A stretch of DNA of 32,000 nt from Zymomonas mobilis subsp. mobilis ATCC 10988 (GCF_000175255.2 NC_017262.1:1980001-2012000), one strand, 5' to 3'. Counted from the first letter of the stretch, positions 1-10,042 are shown. The notes: generated by a model not told the origin, from the sequence alone. Made by a program: numbers and translations.

Positions 1-425
1 ATCCTTTCCACCGCCATGCCGCTATGCATGCGGGCGTTGATTTGGCCGCTCCTTACGGTACCCCCGTTTATGCCAGTGCTGATGGCGTTGTTGATCGGGC
101 AGGGGGCGCTTCTGGTTATGGTAATCTGGTGGAAATCGACCACGGTCATATGATCCAGACCCGTTATGGCCATTTATCCCGTATTATGGTTCACGAAGGC
201 CAAGCGATCAAACGCGGCGATCTTATCGCTTTAATGGGGTCAACGGGACGTTCCACGGGTAGCCATTTACATTACGAAGTCCGTATTCAGGGCGAAGCTG
301 TTAATCCGGTGCCTTTTCTGGCTGTTGATTCCTATCATATGGCTATGCTGGATAATGTCTCTGCCGGTGCGCAGGGTGGACCTGAAAAAGACGTCAAGGA
401 TGTCAAAGTCCATCATCATAAATAA
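1..425 (+). CDS. M23 (LytM-domain) metallopeptidase, C-terminal part; the 5' end lies outside the window
   Basis: The frame is open from the window edge (frame of nt 3). Catalytic motifs are present: HAGVDLAAPYGTPVYA and GSTGRSTGSHLHYEV (HxxxD ... HxH). Confidence 0.85.
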   Translation, partial: PFHRHAAMHAGVDLAAPYGTPVYASADGVVDRAGGASGYGNLVEIDHGHMIQTRYGHLSRIMVHEGQAIKRGDLIALMGSTGRSTGSHLHYEVRIQGEAVNPVPFLAVDSYHMAMLDNVSAGAQGGPEKDVKDVKVHHHK

Positions 426-472
426 TCGAAAATGGATATCGCTAAGATCGAAAATCACTTTCAATAGCCTTG

Positions 473-495
473 TCATGACAGCTTGTCTGTCATGA
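473..495 (+). terminator. Hairpin downstream of the peptidase gene, a possible weak intrinsic terminator
   Basis: Perfect 9-bp inverted repeat TCATGACAG / CTGTCATGA with a 5-nt loop, followed by TTTCCGGCTTATTTT. The T-run is interrupted. Confidence 0.35.
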
Positions 496-516
496 TTTCC
501 GGCTTATTTTAAAGAA

Positions 517-864
517 ATGACAAACAACCCAACCGACAAAGCAGCGATTATTTTCAGCCCAGAAGCCGCAGAACGCGTTGCGGAAATCGCTCATCAGCAA
601 AAAAAGCCCGCCATATTACGCTTATCCGTAGAAGGCGGAGGATGCTCCGGTTTCCGTTATCAGTATAATTTGGCTGATAAACCAGAAGCTGATGATTATC
701 AGGCACCGCAAGGTGACTCTCTGCTTATCGTCGATCCTGTCAGCTTTGATCTTTTGGCAGGTGCCACCGTCAATTTTGTAAAATCTATCAATGGTGCAGC
801 TTTTCAAATCGACAATCCTAATGCCGTTTCCGGTTGTGGTTGTGGCTCCAGTTTTTCGATCTAA
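517..864 (+). CDS. erpA: Iron-sulfur cluster insertion protein, HesB/IscA/ErpA family
   Basis: 115 aa. Contains GGGCSGF and the C-terminal NPNAVSGCGCGSSFSI signature of A-type Fe-S carriers. Confidence 0.9.
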   Translation: MTNNPTDKAAIIFSPEAAERVAEIAHQQKKPAILRLSVEGGGCSGFRYQYNLADKPEADDYQAPQGDSLLIVDPVSFDLLAGATVNFVKSINGAAFQIDNPNAVSGCGCGSSFSI

Positions 865-1649
865 TGCGCAAGATTGCTAGCTTTAATGTAAACGGTATCA
901 ATGCTCGTTTACCCCGATTGATAGAATGGCTTGAAAAATTTCAGCCCGATATTCTCTGTCTGCAAGAATTAAAATCGGATGATGCCCGTTTTCCTCAAGA
1001 AGAAATTGAAAAAACGGGATATTACTGCCTGTATCACGGACAAAAAGCCTATAATGGCGTCGCTATTCTTTCAAAAGAACAGCCTAAACTTATCAGAACA
1101 AGCCTTCCTGACGATCCTGACCCGACACAATCACGCTATATTGAGGCCGCGATTGATAATTTAACGGTCTCCAGTCTTTATCTTCCGAATGGCAACCCAC
1201 TCAACAGCTCCAAATATGACTATAAATTGGCATGGTTCAAAGCCTTTTTGGCACATGCCCGTTCTTTATGGCAGCAAGAAAAATCGGTTATTCTTGCTGG
1301 CGATTATAATGTCGTGCCGTCTTTCGATATAAAAGATATTCGGAATGCTGCCGCGCTTGCCGATAATGCGCTGTTAGCCCCCGACAGCCTTTTTTATTGG
1401 CGGCAATTATTGGCCATGGGATGGACAGATAGCTTGCGTGTCCGCCACCCATCTGAACCTCTTTACAGTTTTTGGGATTATCAGGCACAAAGCTGGCCGC
1501 GCGATGACGGTATGCGGATCGACCATATTTTGCTTACGCCTGATTTGGCCGATGGCTTGACCGATTCTGGTGTCGATCGCCAGATGCGAGGGCAAGAAAA
1601 GGCCAGCGACCACGCCCCCGTCTGGATAGAAATTGACGATAAAAAATAA
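864..1649 (+). CDS. xthA: Exodeoxyribonuclease III (AP endonuclease, EEP fold)
   Basis: MRKIASFNVNGINARL...LCLQELK...GDYNVVP...SDHAPVW. I chose the ATG at 864, which overlaps the erpA stop (TAATG). The tracked start at 834 would overlap erpA by 31 nt. Confidence 0.9.
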   Translation: MRKIASFNVNGINARLPRLIEWLEKFQPDILCLQELKSDDARFPQEEIEKTGYYCLYHGQKAYNGVAILSKEQPKLIRTSLPDDPDPTQSRYIEAAIDNLTVSSLYLPNGNPLNSSKYDYKLAWFKAFLAHARSLWQQEKSVILAGDYNVVPSFDIKDIRNAAALADNALLAPDSLFYWRQLLAMGWTDSLRVRHPSEPLYSFWDYQAQSWPRDDGMRIDHILLTPDLADGLTDSGVDRQMRGQEKASDHAPVWIEIDDKK

Positions 1650-1676
1650 TCGTCGAGAAATTACTGTTTTCTAGGA

Positions 1677-1724
1677 AAATCTTTCTTATCCCCTGACAAT
1701 CGGTCGGGTGGATAAGAAAGATTT
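1677..1724. terminator. Bidirectional hairpin between convergent xthA and the GNAT-like gene
   Basis: Perfect 15-bp inverted repeat AAATCTTTCTTATCC / GGATAAGAAAGATTT with an 18-nt loop. It is flanked by an A-rich stretch on the left and GTTTTA on the right. Confidence 0.6.
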
Positions 1725-1727
1725 GTT

Positions 1728-2885
1728 TTAAATACTTTTGCTATAAATACGGTAAATGCGGTTCACTTCACTTTTAATCGCCGTTGCAATCGACCGCATT
1801 CCCTGATTATTATCCAAAATCCAGCCAATTTCGCCTCTGGTCGCGCCAAAGTCTTTTACTGAATTACGCCGGATATATTCAATCATCATAAAGGCCATCT
1901 GCCCAGCCAAACGCGAGGCTTGAAATTTTTTTCTGACCCCCATCAAAGGCACGCGCATCGTTCTTACTTTAGGATGTCGGAGCCACCACAACATTTTAAC
2001 AAAGTTGAAGGGGAACAGCTTACCTTTAAACTCAGCCAGTTTTTCATTCACATCTGGCAAAGTCATCATAAAGGCTGCGGGTTCGCCGTCAATTTCAGCA
2101 ATCATCACCAATTCGTTATAAACGATAGGCTCAAGATTATGACGGGCATGTTCGATTTCATGATCGGTTAACGGAATATAACCCCAGTTTTTTGACCAAG
2201 CATCGTTCAAAATATCCATCAGGATTTTGGCTTCACTAATGAAGTCTTTTTTCTGCGCCTGCCGGATTCGGATACGGGGATTTTTCTCGCCTGACGCCAC
2301 AATTTTCTGAATAATTTCAGGGAAAGGCTTGGTAATATCTAGCTCATAGGTAAACAGGTCTTTGATGCCCTGATAACCGTAGGATTCAATCCATCCGCGA
2401 TATTCGGGACGCTGATGTCCCATCATAATAGTCGGGGCATGGTCATGGCCTTTGATAAGCAAACCCGGCTCTTCCCATATCGAAAGGCTGATGGGGCCAA
2501 TCAGTTTTTTATTGCCGCGTTTTTCGTGCCATTCCTCGACCGTTTTCAGCAAGGCATAGGCAACCTCTTCATCAGCCGCTTCAAACATGCCCCACATACC
2601 GACATCTTTGCCACCCCCTTGCTCGGGCGGGGATTCTTGCACCAATCGGTCAATCTGTGCTGATATCCTGCCCACCGGCTCGCCATCTCTTTCAGCTAGA
2701 AAATATTCTGCCGTGGCATGTTCAAACCACGGATTTTTCTGACTGTTCAACTGCTCTCTTAATTCGCTACGCAAAGGCGCAATCCAGTTTGGATTGTCTT
2801 TATTCAGCTTATAAGCAACTTCAATAAAGCGGTTCAGGTCACGGTTTTGCTTCGTGCCAATAGGATAGATTTTCAGATCAGCCAT
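1728..2885 (-). CDS. Conserved GNAT-like N-acyltransferase family protein. Alphaproteobacterial members were historically mis-annotated as dATP pyrophosphohydrolase.
   Basis: 385-aa uninterrupted ORF. The C-terminal block GEIGWILDNNQGMRSIATAIKSEVNRIYRIYSK resembles the acetyltransferase-like tail of that family, from memory. No other strong motif seen. Confidence 0.5.
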   Translation of the reverse strand: MADLKIYPIGTKQNRDLNRFIEVAYKLNKDNPNWIAPLRSELREQLNSQKNPWFEHATAEYFLAERDGEPVGRISAQIDRLVQESPPEQGGGKDVGMWGMFEAADEEVAYALLKTVEEWHEKRGNKKLIGPISLSIWEEPGLLIKGHDHAPTIMMGHQRPEYRGWIESYGYQGIKDLFTYELDITKPFPEIIQKIVASGEKNPRIRIRQAQKKDFISEAKILMDILNDAWSKNWGYIPLTDHEIEHARHNLEPIVYNELVMIAEIDGEPAAFMMTLPDVNEKLAEFKGKLFPFNFVKMLWWLRHPKVRTMRVPLMGVRKKFQASRLAGQMAFMMIEYIRRNSVKDFGATRGEIGWILDNNQGMRSIATAIKSEVNRIYRIYSKSI

Positions 2886-3020
2886 AAGGATATATCAGGC
2901 CTCTTCATTTTCAAAAGACGCTTTGAGGCGCAAGGCTTGACCTTGGCACAAGCGGTAGAAAGACAATCGGAAACGGAATACTACCCCTCGATAGCATCCT
3001 GACACAGAAATGATGCGAAA

Positions 3021-3848
3021 TCAGCGGATATCCTGTATTTTATCCACTTCTTCAAAAGAGCTTTTATAGCGGTCTTTTTCTTTTGGGCTACATAAAACTT
3101 CACCGCCAGAATGTTCGGCAACCCACGGATATTTCTTGGCAATTTCTGGCGTATAGCCCAAATTAAAGACCGTCGAGCTTTTGTTCGGACGCTCACGGCG
3201 AACGTAATATGTCCCGAGTAATTTATCCCAAAAGAAATTGGTAATACCGAAATTACCATCTTCATCATGGAAATGATGTTCCAGATGACGTTTCTTCATC
3301 AAAGCCAGCCTTTTGTTCTTGGGTTTATACCCCAAACGCTGGATGCAATGACAGAATTCATAGAAACAGGTGCTTAACAAACCAACGGCATAACCGATAC
3401 AGGCACCTCCGAAACCCCCTATAAGATAGCCGGGGAGGGCAGTTGCCAAAGCAACCGAAGGCAGTGTCGTATAAAGCGCCCCGAATAAAACCTCTAAATG
3501 GTCGGGATCAAGATGGTGGTCATAGTGAATCCGTTTCCATAGTCCCGACAGGAAAGGGACTTTAAACATCCAATGACCATGCATAATCCAGCGATGGGTG
3601 ACATACCAAACCAATGGAAAACCCAAAATAGCGACAGCGATTGAGGCGATAGTCGGTAAAAGAGGCGCAGGCTTCCAAATATAAAGGCCGATCATAACAG
3701 CGGCCAATGTCAGATAGGTCAAAATCGTATAATATTGGAAATAGACGACAACCAACTCTTTCAATGTCATCCGTCCAAGATAATGCGACTTTTTCCAGAA
3801 TCGGGAAGCTGTTTTTAATGTCTTGGCATCAGTTGTGTTCATCGTCAT
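3021..3848 (-). CDS. Membrane di-iron fatty-acid hydroxylase / sterol-desaturase superfamily protein
   Basis: Several hydrophobic helices plus histidine boxes HRWIMHGH, HYDHHLDPDH and HLEHHFH. The start is placed at the ATG after GAGGA. The ORF is open to 3872 and an ATG at 3842 is also possible. Confidence 0.7.
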   Translation of the reverse strand: MTMNTTDAKTLKTASRFWKKSHYLGRMTLKELVVVYFQYYTILTYLTLAAVMIGLYIWKPAPLLPTIASIAVAILGFPLVWYVTHRWIMHGHWMFKVPFLSGLWKRIHYDHHLDPDHLEVLFGALYTTLPSVALATALPGYLIGGFGGACIGYAVGLLSTCFYEFCHCIQRLGYKPKNKRLALMKKRHLEHHFHDEDGNFGITNFFWDKLLGTYYVRRERPNKSSTVFNLGYTPEIAKKYPWVAEHSGGEVLCSPKEKDRYKSSFEEVDKIQDIR

Positions 3849-3996
3849 AATCCTCGCAGATCCGAAAGACACCCGTCAAATCGGGTCACAATCGGAACCG
3901 AAGTTCAGAAGGTTGTTGCTTTTATTAAGGCGCAATAAGGCCTTTTTGAGGCAAATTTAAACAATAAAAACCCGAAAGTTTCCAAAAGGCATTATT

Positions 3997-4245
3997 ATGA
4001 AAATCAACCGTTGCATGTCTGCACTTTCAAAAACGGTTCTTTTAAACACAGCCATAATTGGCCTTGTGCTTGGGAATATGGCCGTTTCCGGTTGCAAAGA
4101 CAAAACGCGCGATCTTCAAAATGCGACTCTCCATCCCGATACCGATATCGCTTTGGGAACAATCAATGACGAAATGGCCAGCGAGAGCATTTTTGAAGAG
4201 GAAAGCGATAACAGCATACAAGCCACCAGCTTACCTGCAAATTAA
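3997..4245 (+). CDS. Small putative lipoprotein
   Basis: 82 aa with an N-terminal signal and lipobox (LGNMAVSGC), followed by an acidic low-complexity tail. No family recognised. Confidence 0.5.
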   Translation: MKINRCMSALSKTVLLNTAIIGLVLGNMAVSGCKDKTRDLQNATLHPDTDIALGTINDEMASESIFEEESDNSIQATSLPAN

Positions 4246-4574
4246 AGACGGTAATTAGCTTGATGATGGATGTTTTTTGGGGTGATGAAAGCAATAAATT
4301 TTCTTAAAAATAGCTGGCAAGGCGGGGATATTTTCGTCTCCGGTTACTTTCAGCTTTTTTGTTCCGAAAAAGAAAAAATTGAATAGCCAAACACGCTAAA
4401 ATATGTTCTTTCCTGTCCAGATGGTTTATAAATCGGACAGCGTTTTAAAAGCTGTCATAAATCACTTATTAAGCCAGACTGTATAAGCAGCCTTTATCTA
4501 TTCCGACCTTCCTTCTTTCCTATCAAGATGTTTCAGGTCGGCTAGCACGTTATTACATCGGGAGAGCGTATATT

Positions 4575-5249
4575 ATGGTCATTTCTTTCGGTCGTCGGAT
4601 AGCCTCTTTTCTGACGGCAGGGTTTATTTCAGCCGGATTGCTGGCCTCTGCACCGGCCTCTGCAAATACTGGATACCTGTTTTGGTCTCCGCATGATTTT
4701 TCCGGTAAACCGGTCAAAGACAATGATCCTTCGGTCGTTCTTCCCCTTGTTAATGCTACACCGGCAGAACAACGCGCCAATCTGGTCTGGACATTGCGGT
4801 CAGGGTTGAATGTCGCCGCTTTGCAATGCCAATTTGCCCCTATTCTCGAAACCGCGCATGTGTATAACCAGCTTTTGGCAACGCATAAACGGGAATTGGC
4901 CTCTGCTTATACGGCTTTGGGTGGCTATTTCCGGCGGACAGGTGGCCGTTTTGGTCAGGTCAAATTTGACCAGCATTCGACCCAGACCTACAACCGTTTT
5001 TCAACTATGCAGGCACAGTTGGGCTTCTGCGATACGGCCGCTTCTATCGCTCACGAAGCGATGATTCATCCGAAAGGCAGCCTGTTCACTCTGGCTGAAA
5101 AACGGATGCAGGAATTTAAAAACAGCCTCGTTCCGGTAAAAGACATTCTTGCACCGACCGTAAAACTGACTTCCGAGCCGCCTTTACCGCCTTTCAATAA
5201 TGAATGTTGGGATAAAGATCGCCTCAGCCGTAAATGTCAGGCTGGCTGA
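4575..5249 (+). CDS. Secreted hypothetical protein
   Basis: GGGAGAG Shine-Dalgarno sequence upstream. Sec signal peptide ends in ASAPASA-NT. The mature part has four Cys residues. No family recognised. Confidence 0.55.
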   Translation: MVISFGRRIASFLTAGFISAGLLASAPASANTGYLFWSPHDFSGKPVKDNDPSVVLPLVNATPAEQRANLVWTLRSGLNVAALQCQFAPILETAHVYNQLLATHKRELASAYTALGGYFRRTGGRFGQVKFDQHSTQTYNRFSTMQAQLGFCDTAASIAHEAMIHPKGSLFTLAEKRMQEFKNSLVPVKDILAPTVKLTSEPPLPPFNNECWDKDRLSRKCQAG

Positions 5250-6097
5250 AAGTGAAAGACAGGCCGGCCATTCTCCCCTTAGGAGAGTGGCCACCTAAAA
5301 GGCCGGTTTTATTAACGGTTCCTCATGCAGGCCGTTTCTACCCCGAAGATTTGCTTGAAAAATTACGCTGTGAGCCGGAAAAACTGATTATCTTTGAAGA
5401 CCGCTTTGCCGATCTTCTCGTAGATAACGCGGTTTCTGCCGGTTTTTCAGCCTTGGTCGCCTGTTCACCCCGTGCTTTAATAGATTTAAACAGGCATCAT
5501 CTGGAAATTGATCCGATGATGATTGATCCCCCTTTGCCTTTGGATAGCGTTATTTTAACGTCCCGCTCGCGTAACGGCTTGGGGTTATTCCCGAATTATC
5601 TTGCTGGCTTTGGCGGGCTATATCATCATCTTTTACCTTATCAGGAAGCCCGCCATCGCATCGAAAATTATCATGCTCCGTGGCATGGCCATATCGCTGA
5701 TATTTTAGGCAATATAAAATCCCGTTATGGTTCCGCAATCTTGCTCGATATTCATTCCATGCCGCCTTTGATACCGGATGAGAAGGGAGAAGCCGCTGAT
5801 ATCGTCATTGGGACGGCCTATGGACACAGCGCCTCTTCGGAAATAACCGCTGTCATTGCTGAAATAGTCGAAAAACATGGCCTGAAACCGGCTTTTAACA
5901 AGCCTTATGCAGGGGGCTATACCGTGGACAGACATGGAAAACCGTCTTCCTCGCGCCATGCCTTACAAATAGAAATCGACCGCGCCCTTTATCTGGACGA
6001 GGATTTATATCATCCTTCGGCTTCGCTTCCGGCTATTCGGCAGCTTGTCCATGATATAGCCGAAGGCGTTGCCCAATATATCGAATTATCTCGCTAA
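5234..6097 (+). CDS. N-formylglutamate amidohydrolase (FGase) family protein
   Basis: 287 aa. LLTVPHAGRFYP near the N-terminus and LLDIHSMP in the middle are typical of the FGase family. The start overlaps the preceding ORF by 16 nt and is uncertain. Confidence 0.7.
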   Translation: MSGWLKVKDRPAILPLGEWPPKRPVLLTVPHAGRFYPEDLLEKLRCEPEKLIIFEDRFADLLVDNAVSAGFSALVACSPRALIDLNRHHLEIDPMMIDPPLPLDSVILTSRSRNGLGLFPNYLAGFGGLYHHLLPYQEARHRIENYHAPWHGHIADILGNIKSRYGSAILLDIHSMPPLIPDEKGEAADIVIGTAYGHSASSEITAVIAEIVEKHGLKPAFNKPYAGGYTVDRHGKPSSSRHALQIEIDRALYLDEDLYHPSASLPAIRQLVHDIAEGVAQYIELSR

Positions 6098-6098
6098 A

Positions 6099-7193
6099 TT
6101 ATTCTTCTGTCCTGATAAGAACGGCTTCCCCGATTAAAAGGAATAAGATGAAAGGCGAGCATGATGCCAATAAAGGCGGATAGGTTCCTAAATTCCCCAT
6201 AGTGAGGGCGAAGTTATCCGCGACAAAATAAGCAAAACCCAACGACATTCCGATAACGATACGGACAAAAAGCCGACCTGAACGCGCTAATCCAAAACCA
6301 GCAACAGAACCCAGAATAGGCATTAAAATAGCGGCAAAGGCGCCCGTAAAGCGATGGATAAGACTGGCTTTCAATTCGTCGGTTGGCCTTCCGGCAGCAT
6401 CCAAAGCCTTGATAGCACGATATAACGGCACAACTTCCATTTCATCGGCTTTAACATCGGCAAGGGTAAAGCGTTCTGGCGGTAAATCTGTATTGATATC
6501 CAAAACAGGTTTTTCCGTGACGGTATCAGCCGCGACATCAAAAGATTTTACTTTATTCAGATGCCAACCATGCCCTGTCCACTGTCCCGTATCGGCAGAC
6601 AAAATACTGACCAGCGTTTTTTGGGAGCGATTATAAACGGTAATACCGGATAAACGGACATTATCGCCATAGCCTTGGACATTATCGACATGGATAAGAT
6701 GGTCGCCATCGCGAAGCCAAATATTCACCCCGCTGGTAGCGGCTGGGGGCGGTTGGCCATAATCAACAGCCTGCCAAGCATCCAGCTTTGCCGTCGCGCG
6801 GGTGACAAGACGGTCATTAAAGACGAAACTGACGCATCCAATCAGAAAACAACTGGCAATCAGCGGCATCAAAATTTGATGTGCCGAGATACCCGCCGCC
6901 TTCATGGAGATGATTTCACTATTCTGGTTCAGGGTGCTTAACGTAATCAACACGCCCAACAGAACCGCAAAAGGTAAAAACCGCGCGATCAATTGGGGGG
7001 TTCTTAGCAAGACATAGTGAAATAATTCAGCCTGACCATTCCCTTTAACCGCCAAAATACGCGCGGATTCCCCCAACATATCAAGGGTTTGGAGAATAAA
7101 GATAAGGGCTGCCAAAACCGCAAAACATCTGACAACAAATAGCTTCGACAGATAAAAGGCAATCTGGCGTGATGCGAAAAGCCTTTTTATCAT
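6099..7193 (-). CDS. lptG: LPS export ABC transporter permease LptG
   Basis: 364 aa. YjgP/YjgQ architecture: three TM helices, a periplasmic beta-jellyroll region, then three TM helices. 4-nt ATGA overlap with the upstream lptF. Confidence 0.85.
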   Translation of the reverse strand: MIKRLFASRQIAFYLSKLFVVRCFAVLAALIFILQTLDMLGESARILAVKGNGQAELFHYVLLRTPQLIARFLPFAVLLGVLITLSTLNQNSEIISMKAAGISAHQILMPLIASCFLIGCVSFVFNDRLVTRATAKLDAWQAVDYGQPPPAATSGVNIWLRDGDHLIHVDNVQGYGDNVRLSGITVYNRSQKTLVSILSADTGQWTGHGWHLNKVKSFDVAADTVTEKPVLDINTDLPPERFTLADVKADEMEVVPLYRAIKALDAAGRPTDELKASLIHRFTGAFAAILMPILGSVAGFGLARSGRLFVRIVIGMSLGFAYFVADNFALTMGNLGTYPPLLASCSPFILFLLIGEAVLIRTEE

Positions 7194-8422
7194 GCCTTAA
7201 CCCCTCCTGATGAAAATCTTTTGAAAAACTGAACAATCCGCGACGAAATACGGGCAAAAAACCATTCCAGCGCACCGATAGGCTGACCACCTGGAATATA
7301 CGCCAAGGTATAATACATTCGCCAAACCAACAGGCTGAATAAAATAAAAGGCAGCCACATCATAAGAACCGGATTGATCTTCCCCAATCCTCCGATAGTC
7401 TGACAATATTGGTTCAGCTTATGATCGGTCACCAGAATAAGGATCGATAAAAACACCCCTAAAGAGGATGTCGAACGCTTGGGCGGTATCGCCAAAGTCA
7501 AAGCCAACATTGGTAACAGGAACATCGTCGCCACTTCAACCAGACGGAAATGGAGATTAGCCTGTAGCTGATTGCGGAGTTTTTTCGGTAAATGCTTTTG
7601 ATGAAGAATAAAAAATAATTCAGTCAGGGTCATTTCCTGCTGATTACCATCGCGACCACGAAAACTCTCAACTGCCGGTAATTTGATCGGCATATCGTGG
7701 TTTTCAAAGGTCAATACACGTGGGGTCGTAAAATCAGGGCGGTTATGAATAAGCAAACCATGATTGAGGCGCAAAAGAATGACATTGGGATCATCAGACG
7801 GCATGAAACGTCCGTTATCGGCAGTAACCGTCAGCTTTTGACCATTCTCAGGATTTTCGCTGGTTCCAAAAATACCAGAAAGATTTCGGCCGCTATCTTG
7901 GCTCCCTTCAACTCTCAAAGTCATATGGGTGCCTAATTTGGTAAATTCACCGACTTTAATCGCGGCCCCCAACGCGCCCGACCGCAATTCATAGCGCAAA
8001 TCTTCATAGGCATAATGGGAATAGGGTTCAATATAGCCCACAATCGCAAGGTTAACCAACGCAAAGAAGAAGGCAAAAATATAGGGAATCCGTAATAACC
8101 GACTATAACTTATCCCGACCGCCCGAAACACATCCAGCTCTGACTGCAAGGCCAATTTGCGAAACGCCAATAAAATACCCAATGTCAAACCAATCGGAAT
8201 GCCCAAGGACATATATTCCGGTAACATATTCGCCAGCATCCGCCAGACAACACTGACGGGGCCTCCTTGATTGGCGACGAAGTCAAAAAGCTTTAACATC
8301 TTGTCCAGCACCATTAACATGGCCGACACAATCAGGGTTGTGACCAAAGGAACAGTGATAAGACGGATCAGATAACGATCAATAGCATTAAAAATTCTCA
8401 AGCTTTCTGCGCTCCTCACCAT
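7190..8422 (-). CDS. lptF: LPS export ABC transporter permease LptF
   Basis: Same YjgP/YjgQ architecture, with N-terminal IDRYLIRL. The start is uncertain: ATG at 8446, ATG at 8422, or TTG at 8401 preceded by AGGAG. Confidence 0.8.
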   Translation of the reverse strand: MVRSAESLRIFNAIDRYLIRLITVPLVTTLIVSAMLMVLDKMLKLFDFVANQGGPVSVVWRMLANMLPEYMSLGIPIGLTLGILLAFRKLALQSELDVFRAVGISYSRLLRIPYIFAFFFALVNLAIVGYIEPYSHYAYEDLRYELRSGALGAAIKVGEFTKLGTHMTLRVEGSQDSGRNLSGIFGTSENPENGQKLTVTADNGRFMPSDDPNVILLRLNHGLLIHNRPDFTTPRVLTFENHDMPIKLPAVESFRGRDGNQQEMTLTELFFILHQKHLPKKLRNQLQANLHFRLVEVATMFLLPMLALTLAIPPKRSTSSLGVFLSILILVTDHKLNQYCQTIGGLGKINPVLMMWLPFILFSLLVWRMYYTLAYIPGGQPIGALEWFFARISSRIVQFFKRFSSGGVKA

Positions 8423-8528
8423 TTTATGGCCGCAATCACCATTCAAAAGTAACCATCCACGGAGACGCCGAATCTTTATGACCGTGCGTCGTTATTTTCG
8501 GGCTATAGCTTTGCGGAGTAAATAGGTC

Positions 8529-9068
8529 ATGCTGAAATTGACAGCCTTTATCGCATCCATTCCTTTGATAATAGGCGTAAATGCGGCCAATGCCGCTATT
8601 TTAGGGGCAGATGCCGCCGCCTGCCAAAAGGGCGGACAAAAACCCGCTATTCTGGTGCATGTCGAAGGCCTGAAAAACCGTAGCGGCACCTTGCGGGTGC
8701 AAGCCTATGATGCCGATCAAAAGGTCTATTTTGAAAAGGGAAAATACCTCACGCGGGTAGAAACCCCGCTTCCCCAAGAAGGTAATATTGATGTCTGCCT
8801 GACTGTGCCAAAAGCAGGCGATTACACGGTTTTGGTGCGCCATAAAAATGGTGATACCGACCGCGAAGATGGCGGCGGCTTTTCCGGTAATCCTTCAATG
8901 TCGTTAATGGATGTTGCGTTAAAGCATAAACCCCCTCTAAAAGCCTCGACTATTACCGTTGGCAATGGCGTCTTAGATATTAAAATTATTATGAAATATA
9001 TTCAGGGATTAAGTTTTAAACCAATTGCGTCTCTTGACGATAAGAAGAACAGCGAGGGTACGCGATGA
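8529..9068 (+). CDS. Secreted DUF2141-like protein
   Basis: Signal peptide MLKLTAFIASIPLIIGVNAANA. The pattern G-LRVQAYD...AGDYTVLVRHKNGDTDREDGGGFSGNP...KPP matches what I remember of DUF2141. Confidence 0.6.
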   Translation: MLKLTAFIASIPLIIGVNAANAAILGADAAACQKGGQKPAILVHVEGLKNRSGTLRVQAYDADQKVYFEKGKYLTRVETPLPQEGNIDVCLTVPKAGDYTVLVRHKNGDTDREDGGGFSGNPSMSLMDVALKHKPPLKASTITVGNGVLDIKIIMKYIQGLSFKPIASLDDKKNSEGTR

Positions 9069-10042
9069 CTTCAGTTGCCTTGCTGTCTAATCCACAGTCT
9101 ACCGGCAATCGGGCAAAGTTACCCGACATCAGGCATTTTTGTATTCAGGAAGACGATGTCTTTCATTACGAAGTGGAAGAGGTGGATCAGATAGGGGAGG
9201 CGTTATCCAGTATCGCTCAAACACGGCCATCTATTTTGGTCGTGAATGGCGGGGACGGCACTGTCCAAACTGTTTTGACGGCTCTTTATACCGGCAAATA
9301 TTTTGAAAAGCATATGGTGCCGCCGGTTGCGGTTCTACCAAACGGCAAAACCAATCTGATTGCCTTGGATTTGGGGGCAGAAGGCGACCCGGTGGTGGCC
9401 TTGCAAAAAATTCTGGATATTGCACGCGGTGATCTCGACAGCCATATCGTTAAACGCGAATTGATCGCCTTATCGGATAGCAGTGATAAACCACCGGTTC
9501 TCGGGATGTTTCTCGGCGGGGCAGGACTGGCTGATCTTATCATCTATTGTCGTGATACGATTTATCCGCTTGGTTTACCGAATGGTATCAGTCATGTCAT
9601 CGCGGCATTTGCGCTTCTGATATCCATGTTTATTCGCGCGCCTTTATCCTTTTTACCGCGTGCAGCGCGGCCTATTTCTGTTTCCTTGATGCAGCAAGGC
9701 CAGATCAAGGGTAACTTCTCTCTTTTGGTTGTGACGACTTTGGAACGGCTCTTGGTCGGGACACATGTGTTTCAACAAGATCCGCAAGACAAAGGCTCAA
9801 TGAAACTGATGATGGTTGACCAAAATCCGTTTCATCTTATCCATGCGGTGGCGGCAGGTATTGTGGGGCGGCTCGGGAAAAGCCGTATCAAAGGCGTTCA
9901 TCTCAAACAGGATGATGAAATCAGAATTGCTGGTGAACGCTCACATTTAATCTTGGATGGCGAAGTCTTTTACGCGGATAACGAACATCCGGTTATTTTG
10001 CGGCATACCGAGCCGATTTCTTTTGTGAAACTCGCCGTCTAA
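9065..10042 (+). CDS. DAGK/LCB5-fold lipid kinase (diacylglycerol / sphingoid / ceramide kinase-like catalytic domain)
   Basis: ILVVNGGDGTVQTVL (GGDGT motif) and LPNGKTNLIALDLG. ATGA start/stop overlap with the DUF2141-like gene. Confidence 0.7.
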   Translation: MTSVALLSNPQSTGNRAKLPDIRHFCIQEDDVFHYEVEEVDQIGEALSSIAQTRPSILVVNGGDGTVQTVLTALYTGKYFEKHMVPPVAVLPNGKTNLIALDLGAEGDPVVALQKILDIARGDLDSHIVKRELIALSDSSDKPPVLGMFLGGAGLADLIIYCRDTIYPLGLPNGISHVIAAFALLISMFIRAPLSFLPRAARPISVSLMQQGQIKGNFSLLVVTTLERLLVGTHVFQQDPQDKGSMKLMMVDQNPFHLIHAVAAGIVGRLGKSRIKGVHLKQDDEIRIAGERSHLILDGEVFYADNEHPVILRHTEPISFVKLAV

